Both the position numbers and the translations under genes were made by a program. Shown in pieces: positions 8,786 through 18,370 of a stretch of 64,000 nucleotides of DNA. This stretch comes from an uncultured virus (IMG/VR IMGVR_UViG_3300045923_000198) (Duplodnaviria > Heunggongvirae > Uroviricota > Caudoviricetes). The stretch lies in the IMG/VR virus record IMGVR_UViG_3300045923_000198. One strand, 5' to 3'. The notes below the pieces were generated by a model. The model did not search any database. It was not told the DNA's origin and worked only from the letters and a program-made list of their open reading frames with translations. The first letter of the stretch is position 1. The number at the start of each line of letters is the position of its first letter.

Positions 8786-9628
8786 ATGTGCTGCACGCTC
8801 GAACCCGCGAAGCTCTCGAAGACCATCCTGTACGCAGGCGACACGACCATCGACGGTCAGTACCGCCACGTTCTCGGCTACCAGAACAAGGCCGAGAACC
8901 TCTTCACGGGGCCGAACGCGATGATTCTGCCCTTCCCGTCAGCGGAACGGATGGGACCGGACAACGTCATCGACGTGGGCGAAAACAAGACGGTCCTGGC
9001 GGACATGGCTGAAGCGCTCGAACGTCGCGACCGCCGCTTTGCCAAGGGCATGAGGAGCCTCAGCATGGGCGAGGATGCGCTTCTCGGCAGCTATGTCGAG
9101 GTGTTCGACTCCGGCGATTACACGGTGGTTCTGGCCGCCGACGCCCGCGACATTCCACAAGTTCTCAACAGGGTGCCGGAGAACAAGCGCCCGCGCATCA
9201 ACCGGGAGATCTTCGCGGCGTACGCGCAGTGGTACCCGAATTGGCCCATCGCGCTTTGCTGCTTCGAGGCGAAGAAGGCCGTGGAGAACCAGCCCATGCT
9301 CTGGTGGTACCTGCCGACCTCGCACGACACCCTCTTCCTGCCGGGGCTCGACGGCCACTCCGGGCACGTTCCGAACCTGAAGGAGAAGGTGGACCGCGAG
9401 CACTCAATCGTGGTCGGGACGACCGCGAAGACCGCGCAGCTTACCTCGCAGGGCAGCAAGGTGATCTATGGCAGCACCCTCAGCACGGACCTCAAGAAGT
9501 TCGTGCCGGAGTATGTCGTCGGAGGCAAGATGCACCTGCCCACGCCCAATGGTGACTTCCAGGTGCGCACCGCCAAAGTCCACGAGGCCCGCTACGGCTT
9601 CGACACCGTGGCCCCTCCGGGAGCGTGA
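8786..9628 (+). CDS. conserved hypothetical protein
   Basis: 280 aa; AAGGAG SD; HVLGYQN...GPNAMILPFP. Confidence 0.8.
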   Translation: MCCTLEPAKLSKTILYAGDTTIDGQYRHVLGYQNKAENLFTGPNAMILPFPSAERMGPDNVIDVGENKTVLADMAEALERRDRRFAKGMRSLSMGEDALLGSYVEVFDSGDYTVVLAADARDIPQVLNRVPENKRPRINREIFAAYAQWYPNWPIALCCFEAKKAVENQPMLWWYLPTSHDTLFLPGLDGHSGHVPNLKEKVDREHSIVVGTTAKTAQLTSQGSKVIYGSTLSTDLKKFVPEYVVGGKMHLPTPNGDFQVRTAKVHEARYGFDTVAPPGA

Positions 9629-10029
9629 TGGAGCCTAGCAGCGTCGTCGCCCTGCTCTCGCGCGTCAACCAGTTCGGGACGCGCGAGGTGTGCTGTACGA
9701 CCAGGCGTAACGAGCCCGAGAACCTGTCGCTGCCCGGTGGCGGCATCAAGCCGGGGGAAGACCCGGTCATCGCGTTGGTTCGCGAGTGCGGTGAGGAACT
9801 CGGCAGGGGTCTACGGATCCTCGCTCTGCGGTTCGTCTACGAGCGCGTGGATCCCGTGGACCAAAAGGTGGCGTGGGTCTTCGAGATCACGCAGTGGGAG
9901 GGCGAGCCCCAACAGAACGAAGAAGGCATCGGCGTGTCCTGGCAGAAGCCAGAGCGCCTTCTCTGGGAGGGGTGCACCTTCCGCGAGTACAACCGTGGCC
10001 TCTTCAAGGCGGTAGGGCTGATCCCGTGA
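9628..10029 (+). CDS. Nudix hydrolase
   Basis: Nudix box LPGGGIKPGEDPVIALVRECGEELG. Confidence 0.85.
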   Translation: MEPSSVVALLSRVNQFGTREVCCTTRRNEPENLSLPGGGIKPGEDPVIALVRECGEELGRGLRILALRFVYERVDPVDQKVAWVFEITQWEGEPQQNEEGIGVSWQKPERLLWEGCTFREYNRGLFKAVGLIP

Positions 10030-10595
10030 CTCTCATGTGGCTCGAAACGAAGCGGCTTCTCACGCCTGGACGCGTGGATGCCGACCTGCGCACGGTCTTG
10101 GATCGCAGGTTCAAGACCGTGTCGCTGGCGCGGCAGGGACTTCAAGCTGGGGAACTCGGCTCTTGGCGCGTCATCTACCCGAGGCACCCCACTTTCGGCG
10201 GAGCGGTGGTCCTGCGGCGCAACGGCCACCGCATCGTCTTCCGAACGGAGTGTGAGAACGACTGGTCGGCCTGGTGTTGCTATGTCATGTGCTCGGAACT
10301 CGCTGTCCTGTACCAGGCGGAGTGCGGCGAAGAAGGCGTCGATGTCACGTGGACAGCCGATCTCTCGAAGTGGCCTCGGTTCGAAGACTTCGTACGAACG
10401 GTGTATCGACGCACGAACGAACAGACTATCCAGTCACATCTTGATGAAGTTCCTGTCGCGCTGCTAGGAGAGCCGCATGAGAAAGATCGAAGCCCCGATC
10501 GTCACGCTGACCTGCAAGTTCGGCGAGACCACTCTGACCGTGACGCGCATGCGGAACGGCAAGCCGCCAGTCGCCAAGCTCCAGCGCGAAGGTGA
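10026..10595 (+). CDS. hypothetical protein
   Basis: GTGA coupling; 3' end overlaps next ORF. Confidence 0.55.
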   Translation: MTLMWLETKRLLTPGRVDADLRTVLDRRFKTVSLARQGLQAGELGSWRVIYPRHPTFGGAVVLRRNGHRIVFRTECENDWSAWCCYVMCSELAVLYQAECGEEGVDVTWTADLSKWPRFEDFVRTVYRRTNEQTIQSHLDEVPVALLGEPHEKDRSPDRHADLQVRRDHSDRDAHAERQAASRQAPARR

Positions 10596-10785
10596 AGAGC
10601 CCATCGAGGCTCCCCTCATCTACGGCGAGCCTTTGGCAGGGTTCGACGAGGAGGAGAGTCGCGCGGCCTTCACCATCTCGGACAGCCTCTCAAGCGTGCA
10701 CGCGAACCTCGCGAACAGCGAGTCCATGCATGCCGAGATCGAGCGTGCCCGTGAGCGCCGTCGCTCCGAGCGTCCGCACGCTTAG
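10477..10785 (+). CDS. hypothetical protein
   Basis: AGGAG SD, 102 aa. Confidence 0.65.
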   Translation: MRKIEAPIVTLTCKFGETTLTVTRMRNGKPPVAKLQREGEEPIEAPLIYGEPLAGFDEEESRAAFTISDSLSSVHANLANSESMHAEIERARERRRSERPHA

Positions 10786-11231
10786 GGGTTCGCCCGCAGA
10801 TCGGCGCGCAGCTCCATGAGCAGGCGGCCTAGCCAGTTCTCTCCCTGGCCGTTGACCTGCCCCCAGAACACGTCGCCCCAGGTGTTGCCCTCGATCAGCT
10901 CCGCATCGCCGGTATCCAGGAGCCTCTCCTTGAGGTGCTCGTTCTGAACCGACGTGAACTTGGAGCGGAGGACCTGGCGCATGACGTCAATCCGCATCTC
11001 GTTCCAGCCGTCACGGAGCCGGATGGGTCCCTTCTTCCCGGCGTACTTCTTCGCCTCTCCCGGCGTCAGGAGATCTCGGATCTCCTCGCGCTGCGCTTGA
11101 ATCAGCGTCTTGGCTGCCTGAAAGGCGTGCTCACTGGTCCGGTAGAGAATGCCCTCGTAGAGCGTGGGCGCCGAGTAGAAGTTGCTGAGGAATCGGTACT
11201 CGCCGTTAAACTCGGAGATGACGTTCACCAT
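10782..11231 (-). CDS. NADAR (YbiA-like) family protein
   Basis: FLSNFY, TSEHAFQAAK, LLDTGDAELIEGNTWGDVFWG...GENWLGRLLMELR. Confidence 0.92.
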   Translation of the reverse strand: MVNVISEFNGEYRFLSNFYSAPTLYEGILYRTSEHAFQAAKTLIQAQREEIRDLLTPGEAKKYAGKKGPIRLRDGWNEMRIDVMRQVLRSKFTSVQNEHLKERLLDTGDAELIEGNTWGDVFWGQVNGQGENWLGRLLMELRADLRANP

Positions 11232-11234
11232 GCT

Positions 11235-11744
11235 CTACTCCGTGTCGAAGTCGTAGACGTGGACTTGCTGCCCTTGAAGCGCCTTCTCCAGGAGCGGTTC
11301 GATCTCCTCCCACTTGCCGCCCGCGAGCCCGGTTCCGATCCGCGGCATGTGGACGGTGGCCCCGAGGATGTTCGAGAGAGGTACGAGCTTGTCGAGGCAG
11401 AGAGCGAGAGAGGGGTAGCGGATGGGGGGTCCGTTGCTGCCCGTGCCGATGCCGTGTTGGGCGACCATGTTCACGACGAAGATGTCCTCCTCGACCACCT
11501 CGATGAGCTGCACCTCGCCAAGCTTGCAAGGGCCCGTCATGAGCAGACGCGAACCCATGGTCTGGTCGTTCTTCGCGCGTCCCGAGTACCAATCGAGATA
11601 GTGCGACCTGGTCTTCGGCCACTTCTTCGACACGGCCATCACGAAGCCCTTGCCCCATTTGCCGATGTCGTTGCAGATGTGCGCGATGATCTTGGGACCC
11701 TTGACGGACGGTGATGTCGCGTCTCCGTGTACGTACGTGATCAT
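11235..11744 (-). CDS. macrodomain protein (Poa1p/DarG-like)
   Basis: ITYVHGDAT, IIAHICNDIGKWGKGF, HMPRIGTGLAGGKW. Confidence 0.9.
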   Translation of the reverse strand: MITYVHGDATSPSVKGPKIIAHICNDIGKWGKGFVMAVSKKWPKTRSHYLDWYSGRAKNDQTMGSRLLMTGPCKLGEVQLIEVVEEDIFVVNMVAQHGIGTGSNGPPIRYPSLALCLDKLVPLSNILGATVHMPRIGTGLAGGKWEEIEPLLEKALQGQQVHVYDFDTE

Positions 11745-11807
11745 CGTGTCCTCCCTACACCACCCGAAAGGTCGCCCAGGTGATGCTTTTTATGCACCCT
11801 CAAAGGC

Positions 11808-11963
11808 ATGGGGATCGGGAAGAAGCACTTTCTCGGAGTGGACTTTCGGAAGCGCACCACCCCGATCGTCCGCACCTACCTCTTCATCCGGAAGCCCAAG
11901 AGCAAGGTCGTCATCGCCATCGTGGAATACACGAAGGGCGCCGTACGGATCATCGCTTCCTGA
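11808..11963 (+). CDS. small basic hypothetical protein (51 aa, below ORF-track cut-off)
   Basis: MGIGKKHFLGVDFRKR...; TTTTAT motif 14 nt upstream. Confidence 0.4.
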   Translation: MGIGKKHFLGVDFRKRTTPIVRTYLFIRKPKSKVVIAIVEYTKGAVRIIAS

Positions 11964-12195
11964 CGTCGTACTCGTTCTGACGACGCAGCCAGAAGTCGGA
12001 GCTGACGTTGAGGATGTGCTCGAAGCGCTCCGCATGCTCGGGCCGGATCGCCGTCTTGCCTGCGAGGATGCTGAGGATGTCCTCGTGCGGGATGCCAGTA
12101 GCCAGGGCGAACGCTTCTGCGTGAAGACCCCGAGCGTGGAGCATCTCGCGCAACGTCTCCCCCGGCGGAGTTACCGTGACGGGGTGATTGTTCAT
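11950..12195 (-). CDS. HigA-like HTH antitoxin
   Basis: TPPGETLREML...ILAGKTAIRPEHAERFE..L.VSSDFWLRRQNEYD. Confidence 0.85.
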   Translation of the reverse strand: MNNHPVTVTPPGETLREMLHARGLHAEAFALATGIPHEDILSILAGKTAIRPEHAERFEHILNVSSDFWLRRQNEYDVRKR

Positions 12196-12241
12196 CTCCT
12201 CTCTTACACCGGACGGTCCTGAAGACGGTGTACTTCTTTCC

Positions 12242-12571
12242 ATGCGACGTGAGCCTCCGACTCTGGCAGAGCTGAAGCAGGCACCCCCTGCTCGCTGCCC
12301 CCTCTGCAAGCGGCCCAACTACCACCCCACCGACCACCATCTGGTCCCCAAGTCTCGCGGTGGGGAGGATACCGAGACCCTCTGCCGCGACTGCCACAAG
12401 GCCATCCACGCGACGTTCAGCAACAAGGAGCTGGAACGGGCCTACAACACGGTGGAAGCGCTCATGGCGCACGAGGGGTTCGCCAAGCAGGTCCGCTTCA
12501 TCTCGAAGCAGGACGGGCGTGTCAACATCAAACTGGCCAAGAACCAGCAGCGGCGCGGGCGCAACGGTTGA
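12242..12571 (+). CDS. small HNH endonuclease-like protein
   Basis: CPLC...HHLVPKSRGG...LCRDCHKAIH. Confidence 0.85.
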   Translation: MRREPPTLAELKQAPPARCPLCKRPNYHPTDHHLVPKSRGGEDTETLCRDCHKAIHATFSNKELERAYNTVEALMAHEGFAKQVRFISKQDGRVNIKLAKNQQRRGRNG

Positions 12572-12613
12572 AATTCCCCAAGAGATTCCGTCTCCCGGTG
12601 TACGTGTCTCTTC

Positions 12614-13447
12614 GTGGCGGTCTTGACTACCAGAAAGAAGGTGCTTGAGCACCGCCGTGACCGTGAGGTCACCCGCAAGGCCCTGTCGCGATTCCTGTCC
12701 GTCCTCTCTCCCGTGACCGCGATCCAGCTCTTCACCGGGCCGGAGAACAAGCCGCTCGATGCAAGGTACGCGGGTCTGCCGCCTTACGGCCGGCGCGCCC
12801 TCGAACGCCTGCGTGATGAGGGCATCATCACCCTCCAGCGTCCCTTCTATAGGCTCGCGGACGACGGTAAGAAGAAGCTGGAGGAGATCCTCAGCGACGA
12901 CAAGAAGCTCGACCTCTTCCACCTCGCGGACAAGTACCTGCCCAAGTCCAAGACAGACTCGGATGATTCCGAGGATCTGGCCAGTGTGTTCGAACAGCTC
13001 GATCAGGCGGCGGCCGCTGTGGGTGGCTCGGACATCGAGGACGTTCTCGACAAGGCTGCCGAGAACGTCCAGGGACTCGACCCCAAGACCACGCCTCTGG
13101 AGTTCGCGACTCCGTTCGACCCCTCTGCGCCGCAGGCCGAGCCGGAACCCAAGGAAGGAGACGAGGTCCCCTTCCCGTTTTACGTCGCTGCCCGCTTCGA
13201 CCATCTACAGGAGCAGTTCACGGATCTCGCGGAGATTGTTCCCGTAGACACGAAGGACCGGCTCGACGCTCTCGGAGCCGGTATCCAGGCCGTACGCAAG
13301 GACTTCGAGGCGCTCGCCGAGATGTTCCTCAAGACGGCCCTCGCGGTCGAGCAGATCGTGGACATCACGAAGCAAGACCACGAGTTCCTCATGAGCCTAC
13401 GTGAATCCCTCAAGCCCAAGGTCCCAACGAACCATGTCCAACCGTAG
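12614..13447 (+). CDS. hypothetical protein
   Basis: GTG 11 nt after GGTGTA; 277 aa. Confidence 0.75.
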   Translation: MAVLTTRKKVLEHRRDREVTRKALSRFLSVLSPVTAIQLFTGPENKPLDARYAGLPPYGRRALERLRDEGIITLQRPFYRLADDGKKKLEEILSDDKKLDLFHLADKYLPKSKTDSDDSEDLASVFEQLDQAAAAVGGSDIEDVLDKAAENVQGLDPKTTPLEFATPFDPSAPQAEPEPKEGDEVPFPFYVAARFDHLQEQFTDLAEIVPVDTKDRLDALGAGIQAVRKDFEALAEMFLKTALAVEQIVDITKQDHEFLMSLRESLKPKVPTNHVQP

Positions 13448-14414
13448 CCTCGAAGACCTCGTGCGGGAGTACCGCAGCGGCACGCTCAACGAGCGCGAGA
13501 AGGCCGAGTACGAGCAGGCCATCTACACGCAAGCGACGATGGAGAAGGCTCGCGAGCCGGGGGAAGATCGCGTCGCGTTCCTCTATCGTGCGCTCGGTGT
13601 CCCGAAGTACGAGAGCGTGAACCGGCAGGCGCTCCTCACCCGCGGGGACAACGTTGACCTGCTCTGGGAGCGCGTCATGCGCGATTCCCTGCCCGTCACT
13701 TCTGCGGTGCACTTCGCCAGGCAGGCGCAGACGATTTGCTACAACGAGCACATCGCCTTTCCCGAGGCTCTGAAGCGCGTGCTCGATGAGTACGATGCCC
13801 GGCCTGGCGTTACCGCGTTGAAGAGCGGCAAGATCGTCAAGAAGTCCGCGCCGAACAGGCTGCGCAAGCTGGAAGTCAAGATGAAGCCGGAGGCCAAGAC
13901 TTCGCCCAAGCTGCCGGCAGCGCCCACCGTGCCCCTGCTCGAAGAACCTCCGGTCGCGAAGAACGCTCGCGACACATGGCGCGTCATCCGGCAGATCACG
14001 GAGAACATGCTCAACGAGCGGATGGCCGGCTGCGACCCTGTCTTCATCGAGACCATGCTCCGAGACTTCCGTCACGATCTGGAAGCGCTCATCGAGAGCT
14101 ACCAGAGCCGCATCAACCGCGTCGGTGCTGCTCACCGGGGAGAGACCCTCCTGCCAGTCGAGAATCAGAAGGACGAGATCAACGACGCCTGCCGTGAGCT
14201 GAGCCTCGACGAGATCGAGAACATCGGCGACGTCATCGACATCATCCAGGCGCGCAAGAACGCAAGATCGTTCCTCGCCAAGTTCCACCCGGACAAGAAC
14301 CCGGGCAAAGAGAAGCTGTTCACCACGAAGTACAGGGCTGTCCAAGAGGCCCTTACGACGCTGGAAACCTACAACGATGTACATGGAGTGAAGGCCAATG
14401 CCGGAAGCAACTGA
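13434..14414 (+). CDS. protein with C-terminal J-domain
   Basis: LAKFHPDKNPG...YRAVQEA. Confidence 0.7.
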   Translation: MSNRSLEDLVREYRSGTLNEREKAEYEQAIYTQATMEKAREPGEDRVAFLYRALGVPKYESVNRQALLTRGDNVDLLWERVMRDSLPVTSAVHFARQAQTICYNEHIAFPEALKRVLDEYDARPGVTALKSGKIVKKSAPNRLRKLEVKMKPEAKTSPKLPAAPTVPLLEEPPVAKNARDTWRVIRQITENMLNERMAGCDPVFIETMLRDFRHDLEALIESYQSRINRVGAAHRGETLLPVENQKDEINDACRELSLDEIENIGDVIDIIQARKNARSFLAKFHPDKNPGKEKLFTTKYRAVQEALTTLETYNDVHGVKANAGSN

Positions 14415-15012
14415 GACCACCACAACCCGTCGCCGGCGTGCCGGCACATCCAAGAACGTCCTCACGGCCATCGGCCAGGGGGAGTTCGACTTCGACGAGT
14501 CGCTCTCGTACCCAAAGCGCGCAGCCGCCATCCTCATCGAGGCCGCCAAGCGCTACCCGCTGGAGACCATCCCGTGGAGGTACCTCTTCAAGGCCATCAC
14601 CGGCCTCGATCGTCTGCTCACGAACGAGTCGCCTCAGGTGCTCGACCTCGCGAAGCGCTCGCAGGCGATCCGTGACGAGCTGGAGAAGCACCCGCACTGC
14701 GGCCTGGTCAACGAGGAGACCGGAGTCCGCTGCACGACCAACGACGCCGACTACGCCGAGCACGTCGCTCTGCCCACGGCGAAGCGGTGGGCAGCCGCGG
14801 GGCGCAAGCTCCAGCAGCGCTCGCAGAACTTCAACCCGAGCGCGATCCCGGCGAGCCACACGATGAAGCGCTTCGGTCACGCCGTCGCGAACGTCGCCAA
14901 GGAGCTGCGGGCGGCCGACTTCGAGACCAAGCTCCGTCTGCCCCCGAAGCCGGAGCGCCGCAAGGCTCCGACGACGCAGACCACGAACGGACGCGAGCCC
15001 GGCAGCGCGTGA
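14398..15012 (+). CDS. hypothetical protein
   Basis: 204 aa ORF in operon. Confidence 0.7.
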   Translation: MPEATETTTTRRRRAGTSKNVLTAIGQGEFDFDESLSYPKRAAAILIEAAKRYPLETIPWRYLFKAITGLDRLLTNESPQVLDLAKRSQAIRDELEKHPHCGLVNEETGVRCTTNDADYAEHVALPTAKRWAAAGRKLQQRSQNFNPSAIPASHTMKRFGHAVANVAKELRAADFETKLRLPPKPERRKAPTTQTTNGREPGSA

Positions 15013-15064
15013 TGGTCGCCCTCGACACGCGAGGCCCCTTCACCGGGGCCTCGCGGAAGAGCGG

Positions 15065-15331
15065 CTAGACTCCGGACCCCGGGTGGAAGGTCTTGAGCGT
15101 GAGCCACAAGAGGTAGACGAACTCGTGGGTGCACGACTCGAAGCCCTCCGCAAGGGCGTCCTCGATCACCTTGTCGGCGATGGCCACAAGTTGAAGGTGC
15201 TGGTTGAGGTCGAAGTCCTCGGGATCCAGCTTCGCATCTCTCACCCGTTCAACGAGGCGCCCGCCAGCGAAGACCGAGAGAGCCATCTCCGGTCCGGCGT
15301 GCTCCATGAGCAGCTTGAGGTCGTCTCGCAC
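15065..15331 (-). CDS. hypothetical protein
   Basis: ORF following 15334 gene; start uncertain. Confidence 0.55.
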   Translation of the reverse strand: MRDDLKLLMEHAGPEMALSVFAGGRLVERVRDAKLDPEDFDLNQHLQLVAIADKVIEDALAEGFESCTHEFVYLLWLTLKTFHPGSGV

Positions 15332-15333
15332 GG

Positions 15334-15672
15334 TCAGCTCCGTAGGCGCGGTCGAGGAACTGTCACGTCGTGGATCCAGAGCCCGAGCTTCGGCTTGCCG
15401 AACCAGGCGCACACCTGCATGAGCGGGTGACCCACGAGGTTGTGGACCGTCCAGGCATGACGCACGAAGCGGAAGCGGCGTCCCTCGAAGACCTTCGGGC
15501 AGAGACGCATGAGCAAGTCCACCGTGTCCGCGTTGTGCAACTCGACGGGAGGGCCACCATCCGCAATGTGCACGGTCACACGCAGCTCGTCGAGCCTCCG
15601 CATGTCGATTGTGCGGATAGAGCTGCGGGCGACGACCATCTCCCCGACCTGTACCAGCTCGTTGGGGATCAT
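15334..15672 (-). CDS. hypothetical phage protein
   Basis: WTVHNLVGHPLMQ...WIHDVTVP; coupled start. Confidence 0.7.
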   Translation of the reverse strand: MIPNELVQVGEMVVARSSIRTIDMRRLDELRVTVHIADGGPPVELHNADTVDLLMRLCPKVFEGRRFRFVRHAWTVHNLVGHPLMQVCAWFGKPKLGLWIHDVTVPRPRLRS

Positions 15673-16019
15673 GCTCGTGGTCCCCTCATGATCTCGGACA
15701 GGGTATCGGCGAAGTAACGCGAGCGCTCCGGCCCATCGAGGTCTTTCAGCGTCCGCTCGACGTTCTCGATGAACTCCTGGCGGGCGCGGGCAATCTCGTG
15801 GCGCAGACGGTAGTAGCGCACGTCGATCAGAAGCCTCGAAACGCTCTTGTAGATGACGAACACTTGGAGAGCGCTGATCACGACAGCGATTCCGTAGGTG
15901 CCATGCCAGATGAGCACCCCCGAGGCGAAGAGGAGCAGGGCACTGAGCAGGAGCGGCAGGCAGCTCCCGAAGATGATGTGCGTGAGCCGCACGATCGGCA
16001 TGTTGTGGGTCGCACGCAT
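15669..16019 (-). CDS. membrane protein (2 TM)
   Basis: Two hydrophobic segments. Confidence 0.65.
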   Translation of the reverse strand: MRATHNMPIVRLTHIIFGSCLPLLLSALLLFASGVLIWHGTYGIAVVISALQVFVIYKSVSRLLIDVRYYRLRHEIARARQEFIENVERTLKDLDGPERSRYFADTLSEIMRGPRA

Positions 16020-16022
16020 GAC

Positions 16023-17342
16023 TTACAGGCTGGCGAGCACCGGAGCGGGGAGACGCATCGCGGCGGGGACCTCGATGGTCAGGTTGTCGGTCCTGCCCTT
16101 GAGGTTGAAGTTGTCGTCGATGAACTTGATGACGTCGTCAGCGTTGATGTTCTTCGGGAACACGATGTTCGGCCCGTGCTTGTCGAGCATGACCGCGTAG
16201 ATCCGGCCGCTCGGCAGATCGAACGCCTTGAGCCCCTGGCTGGTGTTGCGGCCACACTGGTGAGAACCGCACTCGTACGGGCGCTGCGATGCCTCTGGCA
16301 CCACTGAACCCGGCTTCTTCGGGCAGTGGAAGTGGACGATGCAGTCCGCACCCGGGTGCTCACGGAAGATGATGCGCTGGCTCTGGCCGCCGACCGAGGG
16401 CTTGAAGCCGTACGCCTTGACCTGGTTGTTGTCCTTGGCCTCGACGAGCACGAGACCCGTCTTGTACAGGTCGTTGAAGTTCGACTTGCGGATCGACGTG
16501 AGGAACCGGCCGTTGCCGATGTTGACCGCGAAGTGGCCCACCGTGGAGCCCAGGAACGGCTTGTACGCGCCTTCCATGCGGCAGTGGTCCACCACCCGCC
16601 GCAGAGACTCCGGCACGTCCTGCGACTCCCACGACACGGAGGCGCCGCCTTCGACGACCGTTGAACGGGTGAAGGTCCCGTTGATGTGCCGCAGGACCGT
16701 CATCTCGATGAGGCCGTGGAGCGCCTCGATGCGGTCGGTCGTCTCGTGGTAGCGCGCCTGCTCGGGCGTGATGACCATGTTGAGCTTCGTCTCGCCGTCG
16801 TTGGCCAGCACGAGGTTGCAGGAGGACTTCTTGAGGAGCTTGAGCCCTTCGAGGTACTGCTCGTCAGGGGTACGTCCGAACGTCTGCTTGAAGCCCACGA
16901 GGAAGACGTCCTTACGAGTCTTGCGGATCTTCTGGATGACCTTGGGCAAAGGCTCCAGCGTCATGGTCTTGGTCCCTTCGTCCGTCCGCAGCCGGGTCTT
17001 CCGCTGGCCGAAGTTGTCGGTGAAGTGCCCGCCCATCACCTTGCCGTCGAAGTCCACCATCGCGCAGCTCATGAAGATGATCTTCGTGAGCGGGTCGGCG
17101 AGCACCTCGTCGAGCTTCTTGGACACGTCGTCCGGCGTGACCAGCTTGGAGAGCGGGTCACCCTGCCGCGTCAAGTGCACTTGGATCGAGTACCCGTCCA
17201 GAGGGTTGTGCGAGCCGTGGTAGAATTCGTCCCTGATCTGCAACGCGGTCTTGCCGGTCCCGCGTGCCGCGAGGGAAAGATGGGGGGCCACGTCGATGAA
17301 GGTCCCGCCGCCGAAGATGTGGACGATGCCTCGTGTTTCCAT
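16023..17342 (-). CDS. CoaB/Dfp-like (PPC synthetase-like) domain fused to class II aldolase-like domain
   Basis: FGGGT...GTGKTA, FMSCAMVDF, FLVGFK, CNLVLAND; C-terminal KPSVG..SQ, IVHFHCP, KHGP. Confidence 0.7.
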   Translation of the reverse strand: METRGIVHIFGGGTFIDVAPHLSLAARGTGKTALQIRDEFYHGSHNPLDGYSIQVHLTRQGDPLSKLVTPDDVSKKLDEVLADPLTKIIFMSCAMVDFDGKVMGGHFTDNFGQRKTRLRTDEGTKTMTLEPLPKVIQKIRKTRKDVFLVGFKQTFGRTPDEQYLEGLKLLKKSSCNLVLANDGETKLNMVITPEQARYHETTDRIEALHGLIEMTVLRHINGTFTRSTVVEGGASVSWESQDVPESLRRVVDHCRMEGAYKPFLGSTVGHFAVNIGNGRFLTSIRKSNFNDLYKTGLVLVEAKDNNQVKAYGFKPSVGGQSQRIIFREHPGADCIVHFHCPKKPGSVVPEASQRPYECGSHQCGRNTSQGLKAFDLPSGRIYAVMLDKHGPNIVFPKNINADDVIKFIDDNFNLKGRTDNLTIEVPAAMRLPAPVLASL

Positions 17343-17425
17343 GCTGTTTCTTCTACACCTCCAGGGCCGTCGAGTCCCCAAGAAAAGTTCCCTTACTAGG
17401 TGAAGCGGCGGTGTATAAGTAGGAC

Positions 17426-17665
17426 ATGCCCACGATGACGGCTGAAGAGAAGGCACGGGAGGTCGAACGGCTCAAGGACCCTCGCCAGTGGCCCCTCTAC
17501 CCACGGATCCCTGTGAAGCGTTTCCGGAAGGACGAGAGCTACGAGTTCGGGATCGTGCTCGCCAACGGCGACGAGCCCGTGCCGGTCGTGTTCAACGAAG
17601 GCGTGCACGAGGCCAAGTTCGAGTCCATCGAGGCCATGGTGGACGCCGGCTGGATGGTGGACTGA
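17426..17665 (+). CDS. hypothetical protein
   Basis: ATG 10 nt after GGTGTA. Confidence 0.7.
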   Translation: MPTMTAEEKAREVERLKDPRQWPLYPRIPVKRFRKDESYEFGIVLANGDEPVPVVFNEGVHEAKFESIEAMVDAGWMVD

Positions 17666-17668
17666 AAC

Positions 17669-18352
17669 ATGAGCAGGTTCAACATCTGGGGGTACAAGGG
17701 TGAGGTACGAGACAGCCTGCCCATCCGCATCGTGGGTGACTTCGAAGAGGCGAAGCGGGACACGGACGACTCGTTCGACCAGGGCAAGCACACGAAGATC
17801 CTCGTGATTGACAATGCCGTGGGCAAGGTCGTCTATGCCCGCGAGGTCCAGTACGGTGCCCACTGCACCTACTGCGGCAAGCCGATGGGGGAGCAGAGCT
17901 GGCCGAAGAAGTGCCCTAGCCCGACCTGCGGACACCTCATGTACCTCAACCCGGTGCCTGTTGTTGTCACGCTCGTGCCCGTGGAAGTGTGGACGGGCTC
18001 CGTTGGACTGCTCATCATCCAACGAGGCATCCAGCCTGGTCGTGGGCTGTGGGCGCTCCCGGGCGGGTACATGGACGCCAAGGAGCAGTGGCAGGACGCC
18101 AGCGCCCGCGAGGTCTTCGAGGAAGTGAAGCTCCGGGTCCATCCGGACAAGATGAAGCTGTCCCACCTCGTCACGTCTTCGAACGGCCGGCTTCTCGTGT
18201 TCGGCGTGACGGAGACCGTGCCCTTCTCGGCGCTTCAGGACTTCCGGGCGAACGAGGAAGTCCTTGACATCAAAGTGATTCACCAGGCGATCCCGCTGGT
18301 CTTCCCGCTCCACACGGAGGCTGCCGAGCGCTTCTTCAGGTCCGCTGCGTGA
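17669..18352 (+). CDS. Nudix hydrolase with zinc ribbon
   Basis: HCTYCG...CGHLMYLNPVPVV; WALPGGYMDAKEQWQDASAREVFEEV. Confidence 0.88.
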   Translation: MSRFNIWGYKGEVRDSLPIRIVGDFEEAKRDTDDSFDQGKHTKILVIDNAVGKVVYAREVQYGAHCTYCGKPMGEQSWPKKCPSPTCGHLMYLNPVPVVVTLVPVEVWTGSVGLLIIQRGIQPGRGLWALPGGYMDAKEQWQDASAREVFEEVKLRVHPDKMKLSHLVTSSNGRLLVFGVTETVPFSALQDFRANEEVLDIKVIHQAIPLVFPLHTEAAERFFRSAA

Positions 18353-18370
18353 CCCGTGGACCTTCAGCCC

